In this document: positions 51,501 through 64,000 of the stretch, in pieces
How the letters are laid out: each line of letters begins with the position of its first letter
How positions within the stretch are numbered: position 1 is the first letter of the stretch
Assembly (NCBI GenBank): GCA_964016885.1
Contig: OZ024749.1
Coordinates: 40,920,001 to 40,984,000 of the forward strand
Source of the DNA: Eledone cirrhosa
Lineage: Eukaryota
DNA length: 64,000 nt
Direction: 5' to 3'
Notes under the pieces: generated by a model
Seen by the model: the letters and a program-made list of their open reading frames with translations, nothing else
Databases searched by the model: none
Told to the model about the DNA's origin: nothing
Made by a program: the position numbers and the translations under genes

Positions 51501-52774
51501 GTGTGTCAAGGGTTCTAATACCAGCTGTGTTGTGTGTCAATGGTTCTAATACCAGCTGTGTTGTGTGTCAAGGGTTCTAATGCCAGCTGTGTTGTGTGTC
51601 AAGGGTTCTAATGCCAGCTGTGTTGTGTGTCAAGGGTTCTAATACCAGCTGTGTTGTGTGTCAAGGGTTCTAATACCAGCTGTGTTGTGTGTCAAGGGTT
51701 CTAATGCCAGCTGTGTTGTGTGTCAAGGGTTCTAATGCCAGCTGTGTTGTGTGTCAAGGGTTCTAATACCAGCTGTGTTGTGTGTCAAGGGTTCTAATGC
51801 CAGCTGTGTTGTGTGTCAAGGGTTCTAATGCCAGCTGTGTTGTGTGTCAAGGGTTCTAATACCAGCTGTGTTGTGTGTCAAGGGTTCTAATGCCAGCTGT
51901 GTTGTGTGTCAAGGGTTCTAATACCAGCTGTGTTGTGTGTCAAGGGTTCTAATGCCAGCTGTGTTGTGTGTCAAGGGTTCTAATACCAGCTGTGTTGTGT
52001 GTCAAGGGTTCTAATGCCAGCTGTGTTGTGTGTCAAGGGTTCTAATACCAGCTGTGTTGTGTGTCAAGGGTTCTAATGCCAGCTGTGTTGTGTGTCAAGG
52101 GTTCTAATGCCAGCTGTGTTGTGTGTCAAGGGTTCTAATACCAGCTGTGTTGTGTGTCAAGGGTTCTAATACCAGCTGTGTTGTGTGTCAAGGGTTCTAA
52201 TGCCAGCTGTGTTGTGTGTCAAGGGTTCTAATGCCAGCTGTGTTGTGAGCCAAGGGTTCTAATGCCAGCTGTGTTGTGTGTCAAGGGTTCTAATACCAGC
52301 TGTGTTGTGTGTCAAGGGTTCTAATGCCAGCTGTGTTGTGTGTCAAGGGTTCTAATGCCAGCTGTGTTGTGTGTCAAGGGTTCTAATGCCAGCTGTGTTG
52401 TGTGTCAAGGGTTCTAATGCCAGCTGTGTTGTGTGTCAAGGGTTCTAATGCCAGCTGTGTTGTGTGTCAAGGGTTCTAATGCCAGCTGTGTTGTGTGTCA
52501 AGGGTTCTAATACCAGCTGTGTTGTGTGTCAAGGGTTCTAATACCAGCTGTGTTGTGTGTCAAGGGTTCTAATGCCAGCTGTGTTGTGTGTCAAGGGTTC
52601 TAATACCAGCTGTGTTGTGTGTCAAGGGTTCTAATGCCAGCTGTGTTGTGAGTCAAGGGTTCTAATGCCAGCTGTGTTGTGTGTCAAGGGTTCTAATGCC
52701 AGCTGTGTTGTGTGTCAAGGGTTCTAATGCCAGCTGTGTTGTGAGCCAAGGGTTCTAATGCCAGCTGTGTTGTG
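48514..52774. repeat. 31-bp minisatellite/satellite, ~137 units (tgtgttgtgtgtcaagggttctaatRccagc)
   Basis: Uninterrupted head-to-tail units without spacers; one A/G dimorphic site and rare variants. Confidence 0.98.
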
Positions 52775-54059
52775 TTGTTTATTTACTCCCACCATGGAGG
52801 AGAAGTTACCAGTACTGTTGCTGTTGTCCTGACCTCAGTATTTCTGATGTTGCTTAGCAACTGGTTGATGCTGCTAGTAGGAAGTGCAGTAGACATGTTG
52901 GATCGTTTGATGCTATCTCTCTCTCCCCATCTCCCTCTCTCTCTCTCTCTCTCTCCCCCATCTTCCTCTCCTATCTATCTTCCCCCCCCTCTCTCTCTTT
53001 CTCCCATCTTACCATCTATCTCCCCTCTCTCTCTCTTTCTCTGCATCTCTCTCAATCTCCCCCTCTCTCCCCACTCCCCCTTCTCTCTCTTATCTCCATC
53101 TTTATCCCCCAGCTACTTCTCTTTCTCCCTCCCTCTTCCTCTCTTTCTCTTCCCCACTCTCTCCCACCCCCTCCCCCTCTCCTTCATCTCTCCCACTCAT
53201 TCACATATATGTACATGTGACTATATGCATGTACACACATGCATATAGTCACGTGTACATATACACTATCACACGCATTACCACATACACTATCACATAT
53301 ACTATCACACAGATCAGCACATACATACACACACACTCATACATAAACATACACACTTTCACACACACTATCACAAACATTATCGCACATACGCACTTTC
53401 ACCAGTGTTGTTGATTGCGCTGTATTTTTAGTATTGTACTGAGGTGGTGGTGGTGGTGGGGGTAGGGGTTGTGGTGGTGAAGGTGGTGGTGGGGGTAGGG
53501 GTTGTTATTGTTTTTGTTGTGGTTGTTGCCATTTTCATAATTCTTCCACAGAAATAAACAACAAACCATTGACCCACCACAACACCATCAACAACACCAC
53601 CAACAACAACACACCACCACCATCAACAACACCAACACCACCACTACCACCACCAACACCACCACTACCACCACCATCACCATCGCCAACACCACCATTG
53701 CCACCACCACCACCAATGACATCATCACTACCAACACCACCGCTACCACCACCACCACCACTAACACCACCACCACCAACTGGCCGCTCATACTGATGTT
53801 AAGGTATTATTCCCAAAATAAATAATATTAAAATCTTATAGTTTCGATATTATGTGAGATAATTATGTAAGATAAAGCTTTTACTGTGAAAATCATCATC
53901 ATTATTAAATACAATAGTAAATATAGAGTAATGTAAATGCTAAAGGGTTAAACCTGAAATCTCACTACTGAGTAGTCTCTGCTAAAGACACACAAGAAAC
54001 AGACGGTGGTGTTAAATTTGGCAATGAAAGATTCTAGACAATGTCTAATTTTAAACATT

Positions 54060-54460
54060 CTTTTTATTGTGGCATCAGGTCTACCACTAGACAGAATATA
54101 CTGAGCCATTTTATCTAGTTACAGAGTGTACTGGGTACATTTGATCATGTTACTTACTCTACCACTAGACAGAATGTACTGAGTGCATTTTATCTTGGTA
54201 CTAGAACAACCATTTTACAGTGTGTACTGGGTACCAGCTCTACCACTAGACAGAATCTACTGGGTACATTTTACATAGTTTATTGGGTACATTTTATCGT
54301 GGTACTAGGATAACCATTTTACAGAGTGTACTGTGTACATTTTATCGTGGTACTAGCTCTACCACTAGACAGACTGTACTGAGTGCAGTTTATTGTGGTG
54401 CTAGAATGACTATTTTACAGAGTGTACTGGGTATATTTTTTCATGGTACTAGCACTAATT
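54060..54460. repeat. Imperfect ~45-bp tandem repeats derived from the RTE 3'-UTR repeat unit
   Basis: Recurrent ttacagagtgtactgggtacatttt / tctaccactagacaga. Confidence 0.65.
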
Positions 54461-54916
54461 TTATGTAATTTCATTTAATATAAATTTCTTGACTTATTAC
54501 ATTAAGTATGTTAGCTTTGACTTTACTATTAGTTATCCTATGCAGAAGGTGCCTCTAGGTATTTCTCTTTCCAATCATTCATTTTTATTTAGTTGTACAC
54601 TTACTTGGATATTGGCCAGATTTGTAAAATCGCTACAACATCTCTGGTCTGGTCTGAGCTAGTATGGTCTGGTATGGCAGTAAATCTTACTGAATAAATT
54701 TCTACTTGGCCATGTTGTTGTTGCTGCTGTTGTTGTATGTGTGTTTGTATGTGTATGTGTGTTAATATGCATGTGTGTAGTTATCAAAGAGTACACACAT
54801 ACACACAAACAAAAAGCAATCTGTCTTTCTTCATCAGAACTTATAAGATATATTCACACTGGTTCTTCTTATCTTTGAACATTTTCAACTTGAAGGCCAA
54901 TTACCCCCTCACACAT

Positions 54917-54972
<56 letters not shown>

Positions 54973-55229
54973 GAACATTTCTGATGATTCTGTGTAGAGT
55001 AAATGTGAATGTTTACTCTACATCAACTACTTTATTGGGGTGTCAGTGGAGGAGCCACCTCTATGTGGTAGCTCACTCTACTAGAAATAGCTACCAAATT
55101 CCTATTAAAAAAAGAAAGGATATGTTGGTGTATGTAGTCCTAATGAAACTATATCTGAATAAAAGACTGGATGGGCATGGCTTGACTCTAAACGACAACA
55201 AAAAAGTATACAATAGATTGGGTTTGAAC

Positions 55230-55485
55230 GTACATCAAACACAGGCTCAAACAGAAGATCAAACACATCAGGAAACACAGTCAATCATAGGATCAAACAT
55301 AATCAAACACAGATATCAGTCATAGGATCAAATGTCATCAAACACAAGCTCAAACAGAGGATCAAACACTGACTCAGTCATATGATCAAACGTTATCAAA
55401 CATTGACTCAGTCATATGATCAAACACAATCTCAGTCATAGGGTCAACTACATCAAACACAGATATAGTTCTAGGATCAACACAT
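55230..55485. repeat. Imperfect tandem repeat (catcaaacaca..cagtcataggatcaa)
   Basis: More than 8 recurrences of atcaaac. Confidence 0.7.
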
Positions 55486-56214
55486 ATCAGCAAGATTAGA
55501 GGAATAAATATTGCAACACATTCTATCCAATGCTGTAATAACACTACCAATCAATCCCTTTAGTATGACTGGTACTATATATTTCCTTTAAGCCTAGGCC
55601 TTAAAGCAGAACAGAAAAATACAGGACTGTATTAATCCATGGCTGGGTCCTTTGGTTCTCAGGTATTTTGCGACACATCTGGCATTTCAACCTGTCGCCC
55701 CATTACAGCTAAAAAACATCAAAAAGAAATTGATGGGAACATAGTCTGTGCAGGGCTCCTAGTCTTTAGCCTAGTCAGCCTTATGAATAATATACCCCTA
55801 GAGAAATAGATTACAAGAAACCATCAAGTGCAGTTCACTTCCTGATCAGTACAAAATCCATCAGCCTTGTTTCTGACATTGATAACAATGTTGGCATCTC
55901 ATGTTTTAATTAGGTGGTGTGTTTTAATGAATCAGATGTCATTTATATTTAACAACATTACTGTTAAAATACAACACCTTAAATACAACAGGTATGATAG
56001 AGAGAGAGAGAGAGGGTGATAGATAGATAAAGAGAGGGAAATAGCTAGATAGGGAAAGAGAGAGGGCTGAGGTTTAAATATAGTCACATTTAGATATGGT
56101 GTGTGTGTGTTTTGGGTATAACGTGACTTAACATGCCAGAATCTGGTTTCTATGATAACCACCACCACTACTACCAACACCACCACCCTTATCATCACCA
56201 TAATAATAATATTA

Positions 56215-56600
56215 ATAATTGTTTCTATTTTTGGCACAAGGCAAGCAATTATCCCAGTGCATTACTAGTGCTTTATTTTATCGACCCCCGTAAGGATGAA
56301 AAGAAAAGTTAACTTCGGCAGGATTTGAACTCAGACTGTAAAGGGCCGTAACTCTGTGCTGCAGAGCATGGCGCCCAACTCTCTACCGAATAATAATATT
56401 AATAATTGTTTCTACTTTTGACAAAAGCCTAGCAATTTGAATGAAAGGGGAAAGCCGATTAAATCCACCCCAGTGTATTACTAGTATTTTATCGACTCTA
56501 TAAGGATGAAAGGCAAAGCTAACCTCATCAGGATTTGAACTCAGAATGTAAAGAGCCATAACTAGATACCACAACACATGTTATCCAATGCTCTACCAAA
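56215..56600 (-). mobile_element. Two tandem tRNA-derived SINEs
   Basis: Reverse-complement core and B-box (ggatttgaactcag) occur twice. Confidence 0.85.
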
Positions 56601-56957
56601 ATCATCATCATGTTCAATTTCTCATGCTGGCATAGGTCAGACTGAAATTTGAGTCGGTCTTATGGTCAGATGTCCTTCATGATGCCAATTCTTTTAGTCA
56701 CCTTTTATGACATACTTGGGATATGTGTTGGATCTCCATTAGCATGTAAGTAGCCAAGCATTTCACCAACACGTGTACTCTTAATGTGATTCTCAGGGAG
56801 ATGCAGCACGACACAGCGTATGACAAAACTGGCCCTTTTGAAACTCGGGTGCAACTCATTTCATACCCAGTTGAGTGAATTGGAGCAATGTGAAGAAAAG
56901 GGTCCTTAATCAAGAACACAGTGCTGTTGGGAATTGAACTCATGACCTTACAATCAT

Positions 56958-57260
56958 ATGACTTTCGGAAACATTTTTTTTTTTTCATGCTCAGAGTTGC
57001 TGAAACATGGAACAAACTACCTGCATCAGTTGTTAGCTGTCGGGACACTGCATCCATCAAGACTTCCATGCTTCCCGAAATTTGCTAACACTACGCCTGA
57101 TATTCACCCGCCATACTCATGCATGCATGTATCTGTGTGTATATCATGACTCCTACTTTGTTCACTTTCCTGATATTTGTATCAGGTATGTACTATACAT
57201 GCACCTTTGACGAGTTGTAGTACACCTGAGCACTGTACCCAATAGTTTAATTATTATTAT
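56958..57260 (+). mobile_element. CR1 LINE 3' end, same family as 37686-37950
   Basis: High visible identity (ctcagagttgc..tggaacaaactacctgcatcagttgttagctgtc). Confidence 0.85.
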
Positions 57261-58454
57261 TTGTATATGTGGTTAATAAAGAAATCATTATTTGTATATG
57301 TATTGAAACCTCTGTTACATGTGCAAACCTTTGTGGTTAATAAAGAAATCATTATTAACGAACTAACGGATAACTAGTAATAAAGATAAAGTGAAAATCA
57401 TACGGTGTGTGTGTTTCTTTTTATTGGCAATACTGGCAAAATGACCATTCCCAAATATAACAATTGTTAAGAATGTTATGAGGAAACAATGTTGGGTGGA
57501 TGTATACTAAAATGTAGTTATGTCTATTTATAAATAGCAATAACAATAATTATCTGAATATATTTTACAGTTCAAAACATTAATGAACGGAAGCATACAC
57601 TAATGAAAGTATTATGTTCCTTTCTGTCTTTCCAATTGTAACAAACTACAGTTTAGAGCTAAAATAAGAAAACAAATCACTACATTTACATAATCCTGAT
57701 CTTCACATTCTAACTAATAATTCTGCCAAATTTCATTAAAAAAAAGAAGAAAAACTAATTAAGAAAGTTATGAGGAAACAAATTGGTTGTGGATGGACAT
57801 TAAACCAGTTATGGACATATATTATGGGTAAAACCACCCAACAGGAGACCCGGGGTAGACCATGAGCAAGATGGTTGAATAACATCCATGAGCTTGGCTT
57901 ATCTCGCTTGAGGATCCAGCTGGATCAATTGGAGACAGTTGCTTCTAACAGGACCCACTGGAAGCTGATCTTAAGGACTCTATCCCTATGACCTTCCCAG
58001 GAATAAGTGGGCAAAGAAGATGATGTTTATTTATAAATCTCTATAATAATGATTGTACTGGAATTTTTGTCCTGCAGCATCAGGGATTTTGGGGTGAGCA
58101 AAGGAGTTACTGACTGTGGCATTTCATCTATCTCTTACTCAGGGACAAAGGGTAAAACCATATAGCCTCTCTCCATCAACTCTGGACAATTCAGCAGGCT
58201 CCAGAATTTAGAAGGATATTTATTCTGACCAGGGCTTGCTTGATAATTAGGTTTAGCTTGGTATCGCAAGTGAAGTGACATGCATTCGGTTGCAAGACAA
58301 CTCATGAAGACCTGTGGAGTAAAGGGACCTGCCATAACAACATTTCAACCTCACGCCCACCCATCCTCAGACTTCAGCACTGACTCTGGGTGCAATAAAC
58401 ATGTGGAGCTCTTCCAGAATGAATAAGCCACCGATGTTGACCACAGTTAGATAA

Positions 58455-58700
58455 GTTAAGGCCTCCTTCAGTCAAGGTTGACCATGGGTAGTGTCCTGTT
58501 GTCAGCTCGGCTGGAGCAGCATCTCCAGTGGTTAAGCAGACCTATATGTGAGTGACATTGAACACATCTGTGTATGGTCTGTGGTCTGTTGGATTTATTG
58601 CACTACTTTCGCTGGGCTCTCCTCTCCACTGCTGCAGTCATCAAACTCTCTGTTGACCACAACCTGAGTATCAATCCAGTCCTCCACCAACCTTATGACA
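58455..58700 (-). mobile_element. RTE-BovB 3' end, decayed
   Basis: HRCVQCHSHIGLLNHWRCCS zinc-finger remnant followed by ccatggtcaaccttgactgaaggaggcc. Confidence 0.6.
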
Positions 58701-59002
58701 AGTACTGCCCTGCAAAACATAGCTTTGTTAAAGTTCACTGAAAAGATGGACTATTATTTATTCCATCTGTATAACAATGTGTTATGCACGAGTGGAAGGT
58801 AATAAGAAATAGCAATGAGTTATGTACAAGTGGCAATTACAATGAATATATTTATATATACGTAATATATTTATTTATATAAAAGGGCAAATAAACAAGA
58901 CTTTACTATTTATATACAGAATTCCAAACAAAGCCAAGAAGTAAATGAAGAAGTGAGAAGAAGAATGAGAAGATATATGCAAATACATTTACATACATAC
59001 AT

Positions 59003-59040
<38 letters not shown>

Positions 59041-59107
59041 CTATGTATGTATGTATGTATGTATATATATATACATGTATATATGTATGTATATATATGT
59101 ATGTATG

Positions 59108-59140
<33 letters not shown>

Positions 59141-59145
59141 ATGTA

Positions 59146-59250
59146 TCATCATCATCATCACCATCATCATTTTACGTCCGCTTTTCCCTGCTTGCAAGGG
59201 TGGGATGGGTCTTATTCAGCACAGCATCTCTCCACTCGTCACGGTCCCTC
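59146..59250 (-). mobile_element. Extreme 3' end of an RTE LINE ([13 protein letters not shown]..) with (GAT)n tail
   Basis: A second copy lies at 46540-46628 (+); both sit in (TA)n tracts. Confidence 0.7.
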
Positions 59251-59609
59251 GTTTTATTCCAATAAAAATGGCGTAGCCATACAATTCAACAGGAGGAAAC
59301 AATAGAACCACTGACGATGTTGCAAATGTGCAACGAAAGATTTATGATAAACTATATATATGTGTTTGTGTCTATATTGTATCTGTATTATTTTTGACCG
59401 TCGGTCAGTCAATGGCAACATTGAGGACCGAGTATATTATATTATATTAGATTACCGATATAAAAGACACAGAAGCGAAAAGCGAAAACCAACCAAACAG
59501 TGAGTGTGTTCTGTTATTAATTCTGGCAATATTACACAAATATGACCCTCCCCAAGTATAACTATATTTGTTTCGACACACGATTTCATATAAAAAACCT
59601 CGCAAAACT

Positions 59610-59610
59610 A

Positions 59611-59642
<32 letters not shown>

Positions 59643-59773
59643 GTGTATATATATATATATGTGTGTATATATATATATATGTGTATATATATATATATAT
59701 GTGTATATATATATATGTGTATATATATATATATATATATGTGTATATATATATATATATGTGTATATATATA

Positions 59774-59804
<31 letters not shown>

Positions 59805-59835
59805 GTGTATATATATATATATATGTGTATATATA

Positions 59836-59866
<31 letters not shown>

Positions 59867-60279
59867 GTGTATGTGTATATATATATATGTGTATGTGTAT
59901 ATATATATATATGTGTATGTGTATATATATATATATGTGTATATATATATATGTGTGTATATATATATATATGTGTATATATATATATATATGTGTATAT
60001 ATATATGTGTGTATATATATATATGTGTATATATATATATGTGTATATATATATATATATATGTGTGTATATATGTATATATATATGTATATATGTGTAT
60101 ATGTATATATATATGTATATATATATATATGTGTGTATATATATATGTGTATATATATATATATATGTATATATGTGTGTATATATATATGTGTATATAT
60201 ATATATATATGTATATATGTGTGTATATATATATGTATATATGTGTGTATATATATATGTATATATGTATATATATATG

Positions 60280-60323
<44 letters not shown>

Positions 60324-60325
60324 CA
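59610..60325. repeat. ~710-bp (TA)n(TG)n microsatellite
   Basis: Directly visible; source of several spurious long ORFs. Confidence 0.97.
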
Positions 60326-61029
60326 TGCACAAGCTCATATATAAACATGTTTGTGGCATTAACAGAAAGGAGAAAGATTGTCAGAGTTGGTCCATTCCTG
60401 ACTGTTATGATTTTGGCACCAAACCAAAACAACGATGTCGGAACTTCCCAACTTTATTAACTCCTTTCATTACAACTAGTAGTAATACGTTGTTATTTTT
60501 CTTCTTATAGTAATAGTAGTAGTGGTGGTAGTTATGGTAATAGTCTTGCAGTAATACTACTACTAGTAGTAGTGGTGGTAGAAGTAGTTGTACATCGTTT
60601 GTTGTTCTTGTTCTAGTAGTAGTAGTAGTAGTTGTAGTGGTAGTAGGGGTAGTTATAATTGTAGTGGTAGTAGGGGTAGTTATAATTGTAGTAGTTGTGG
60701 TGGTGGTAGTTAATAGTAGTAGTAGTAGTAGTGGTGGTGGCGGTTATGGTAGTGTTAGTAGTAATAGTGGTGGTGGTAGTATTGTTGTTGTTTAAAGGTT
60801 AAATAATTTCCATGTTAGTTTGAAGAAATCAGTGTTTGTTCTCTGGAATAATCTTTGGATTATACCGGATAATCTTTAACGTATGTATATATATATATAT
60901 ATATAAGTATGTGTTTGTATCTATACTCATACACTCTTTTTTCATCTTCATTATCAATATTAATTAGTCTTTATTTCAGCAATACATAAAAAGTTTCTTC
61001 AGAAAGAATTCCGTACATTTCATAACAAT

Positions 61030-61820
61030 AATAATAATTGTTTCTACTTTAGGCACAAGGCCAGCAAATACACAGTGCATTACTGGTGCTTTATTTTATC
61101 ATAATAATTGTTTCTACTTTAGACACCAATTACCCAGTGCATTACTGGTATTTTATTTTATCGACCCCGTAAGGATGAAAGGCAAAGTCAACTTCGGCGG
61201 GATTTGAACTCAGATCGTAACGGGACGTAACTATGCTGGAAAGCATGGCGTCCGACCCTCTACCGATACGGCCAATCCACCGCCCTTTTATCATAATAAT
61301 AATGCTTTATTTGTTGGCTACAAGGGCTAACATGAAGAAAAACATTACAGACTGCACAGAACGGTACAAAGTGGGTTTTGGCCGTGTAAAAAGGTTATAA
61401 TAAGAAAAGAGAAATGTGTAAAAACAAATTAAAAAATTCAAACAACAAAAAATTCCCAATAGTGGGGAAACCTCCGAGGGTCATTCCTGGCAAGCGCCCT
61501 CACCCAGATCTCCCACCCCTCAGTCTACAGGCGCATAACAATAATAATAATAATTTCTTTATTGGCCACTAGGGCACACACATAGGGGTCAATACAAAGA
61601 CAGGGACAGTAATAAAAACAACAACAATAATAATAATGTTTCTACTTTTGGCACAAGGCCAGCAATTACCCAAGTGCATTACTGCTACTTTATTTAATCG
61701 ACCCCATAAGGATGAAAGGTAAAGTTAACCTCGGTGGGATTTGAACCCAGATCGTAAAGGGCCATGACTCTATGCTGCAAAGCATGACGTCTGATGATCT
61801 ATCAATACTGCCAAACCACA
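61030..61820 (-). mobile_element. SINE cluster (61030-61290 with duplicated 3' ends; 61635-61820) around another repeat tail
   Basis: Same family. Further older copies at ~6085-6270, 9350-9490, 25030-25190, 26200-26600, 39445-39540, 42670-42760, 44275-44620 and 62280-62425. Confidence 0.8.
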
Positions 61821-64000
61821 ATAATAATTTCTTTATAGGCCACATATAGCGGACAGTGGGGGTTTACATATATAACATGTACAAAATATAAATAACAATG
61901 CCACCCATTCATCCACCCATCCGCCATGTATTCATCCACCCACCAATCCACCAACCCACCCATCTAACCATTCAGCGTGTCTTGGACGTTAAAAACCTGT
62001 CAGAGCCCATCTCTCTGAATACAGCTGAATACTTCCAAATAAAGTGAGAGAGAGACAGGAGGGTGGATGGATGGATCGATCGATAGCTAGATAGATGAAG
62101 AATCGATTTCAAGTATTTGATTGGTATTTTATTTATCGACCTCGGAAGAAGGAAAGATAATAAATTTTAAAAAATGACTATCGGTACAAGTAATGCACTG
62201 AGATCGATTTAATCGACTTTACCTTTCTCCTTCCCCACAATTGTTAACCTTGCGCCTAAATAAGAAATTATTATTACCCACCGAGGTCAACTTTGCCTTT
62301 CATCCTTCCGGGGTCGATAAAATAAAGTACCACCAGTCAAGTACTGAGAGTCGATAAAATCGACTTTCTACTCGCCCCCTCTCCACCCAAATTGCAGACC
62401 TTGTGCCAAAATTAGAAACAATTATTGAAAAAAAGGTTTTAAAAATTCAATAAATTAAAGTACCAGTCATATCCTGGGTGGATTTACTCGTATACATCCG
62501 CTTTCACCGCCTCCATCCCAAACAACGACTCTATTCCTTATGGTTGTCGCTGTTGTAGTTTGGGAAAGGTGAAAGCATGGATGCCACAACATCTCATTCA
62601 CCTGGAGTGTCATATCCTAAATAATCATCGTTAAATTAAGATGTTGATGTTTGTCATTGTTGCTGGTTTCTATGTTGTTTTACCAGTAATGTACTGGGTA
62701 ATTGCTGGCCTTGAAGTACTGGGTAATTGCTGGCCTTGAACCAAAAGTAGAAACAATTATTATTATTGTTACTGTTGTTATGGTGCTACGCAGTACGTTT
62801 GTGTGTGTATGTGTCATTACGATGATAGTGTGTGTGATGATGGTGTTTGTTGTATAAGGTGTGTATGTGTGTGTGATGAAGGTGTTTGTTGTATAGGTGT
62901 GTACGTGATGAGGGTGTTTGTTGTATAAGGTGTGTACGTGATGAGGGTGTTTGTTGTATAAGGTGTGTATGTGTGAGTGATGAGGATGATGGTGTGTGTT
63001 GTATAAGGTGTGTATGTGTGTATATGGATGATGGTGTTTTGTATGTGTGTGTGATGGGATGATGGTTTTGTTGTATAAGCTATGTGCATGCGTGTGTGTG
63101 AAGATGGTGTTTGTGTGTGTGTGTATATATATATGTGTGTGTGTGATGACCATGATGGTGTTTGTGTGTGAGGTATGTGTGTGTTTGTGTATATATATGT
63201 GTGTGATGATCATGATGGTGTTTGTGTATGAGGTATGTGTATATATGTGTGTGTGTGTGATGACCATGATGGTGTTTGTGTATGAGGTATGTGTGTGATG
63301 AGGATGATGGTTATGTTGTATAAGTAAGATGTGTATATGTTTGTGTGTAAGTTACCGTTAGCATTTTTTTTAATACATGTAAACATTGTGTGTGTGTTAG
63401 AAATAGATAGATTTGCATATAATATGCTGACATAAACATACATGAACATACACACACATATATACACCTGTGTTTATGTGTACATTACACACTCACACAT
63501 ACCCACACATATGCACAAGGTTTACATATATATATAAATGCTAAATACACGCAGTTACACATGCACATGTATGTATGTATATATATATATGTGTGTGTGT
63601 ATGTGTGTGTGTATGCATCCCGGGTTCAATCGAGGGTAACAGCAGTAAGGTACTGAATACATAGTAGATGATTTCCTTCGAATGAAACGGTTCTAGTCCT
63701 GTAGAAGCTATTTCTATATTAAATATTATATATATATGTTTACATGTGTGTAGATGCTAATGACTTCATATCTGAACAATAACAGGCGCCATGTTGGTTT
63801 CTACCATAAACAACAACATGAGAGAAGAAATGTCAACGAAGGTACCTCTAGGTGGTTACCAGACAAGCTAGAAATAGCAGCCAAATAATTCTTCAAAGCA
63901 TATCGTACAATATTTGTTTATTGTTTTTTTTAAAAAAGACATTGGATAATGTAGGGCTATCTTTGATTATAAGGTACCACTTTGACTTTATGAAACTGTA

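Noticed and set aside
48514-52774. CRISPR array
   Set aside because: Units abut with no unique spacers, there are no cas genes and the context is eukaryotic.
59447-60510. 250-320-aa ORFs (also 20754-21474 and 42060-42565)
   Set aside because: Translations of (TA/TG)n microsatellites, open only because such repeats lack stop codons.

Overview
AT-rich, microsatellite- and transposon-dense eukaryotic DNA, probably a cephalopod (Octopus-like); this is inferred from the SINE/LINE content and not proven. Two protein-coding genes can be rebuilt from spliced exons that the ORF track largely misses. (1) The 5' end of an AMBRA1 orthologue lies on the minus strand (coding exons 2531-2412 and 1812-1754) and runs off the left edge. 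(2) A complete 3-exon NACHO/TMEM35 nicotinic-receptor chaperone gene lies on the plus strand (20567-20677, 29984-30119, 30834-31060; 157 aa, ending in a KKxx ER-retrieval signal). The rest is mostly mobile DNA: RTE and CR1 LINE fragments, two tRNA-derived SINE families (often stacked head-to-tail), a TTAA-targeting piggyBac-type MITE family, a hAT element with intact TIRs and an 8-bp TSD, Penelope-like termini, a very homogeneous 4.26-kb 31-bp satellite and long (TA/TG)n tracts. The most notable non-coding signal is a set of minimal type-I hammerhead ribozyme motifs in Penelope-like repeats, two of which show compensatory changes in helix II. Most long ORFs in the track are microsatellite artefacts. 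There is no CRISPR array or true tRNA/rRNA gene. Repeat boundaries are approximate and all protein/family assignments come from recognition, not database searches.
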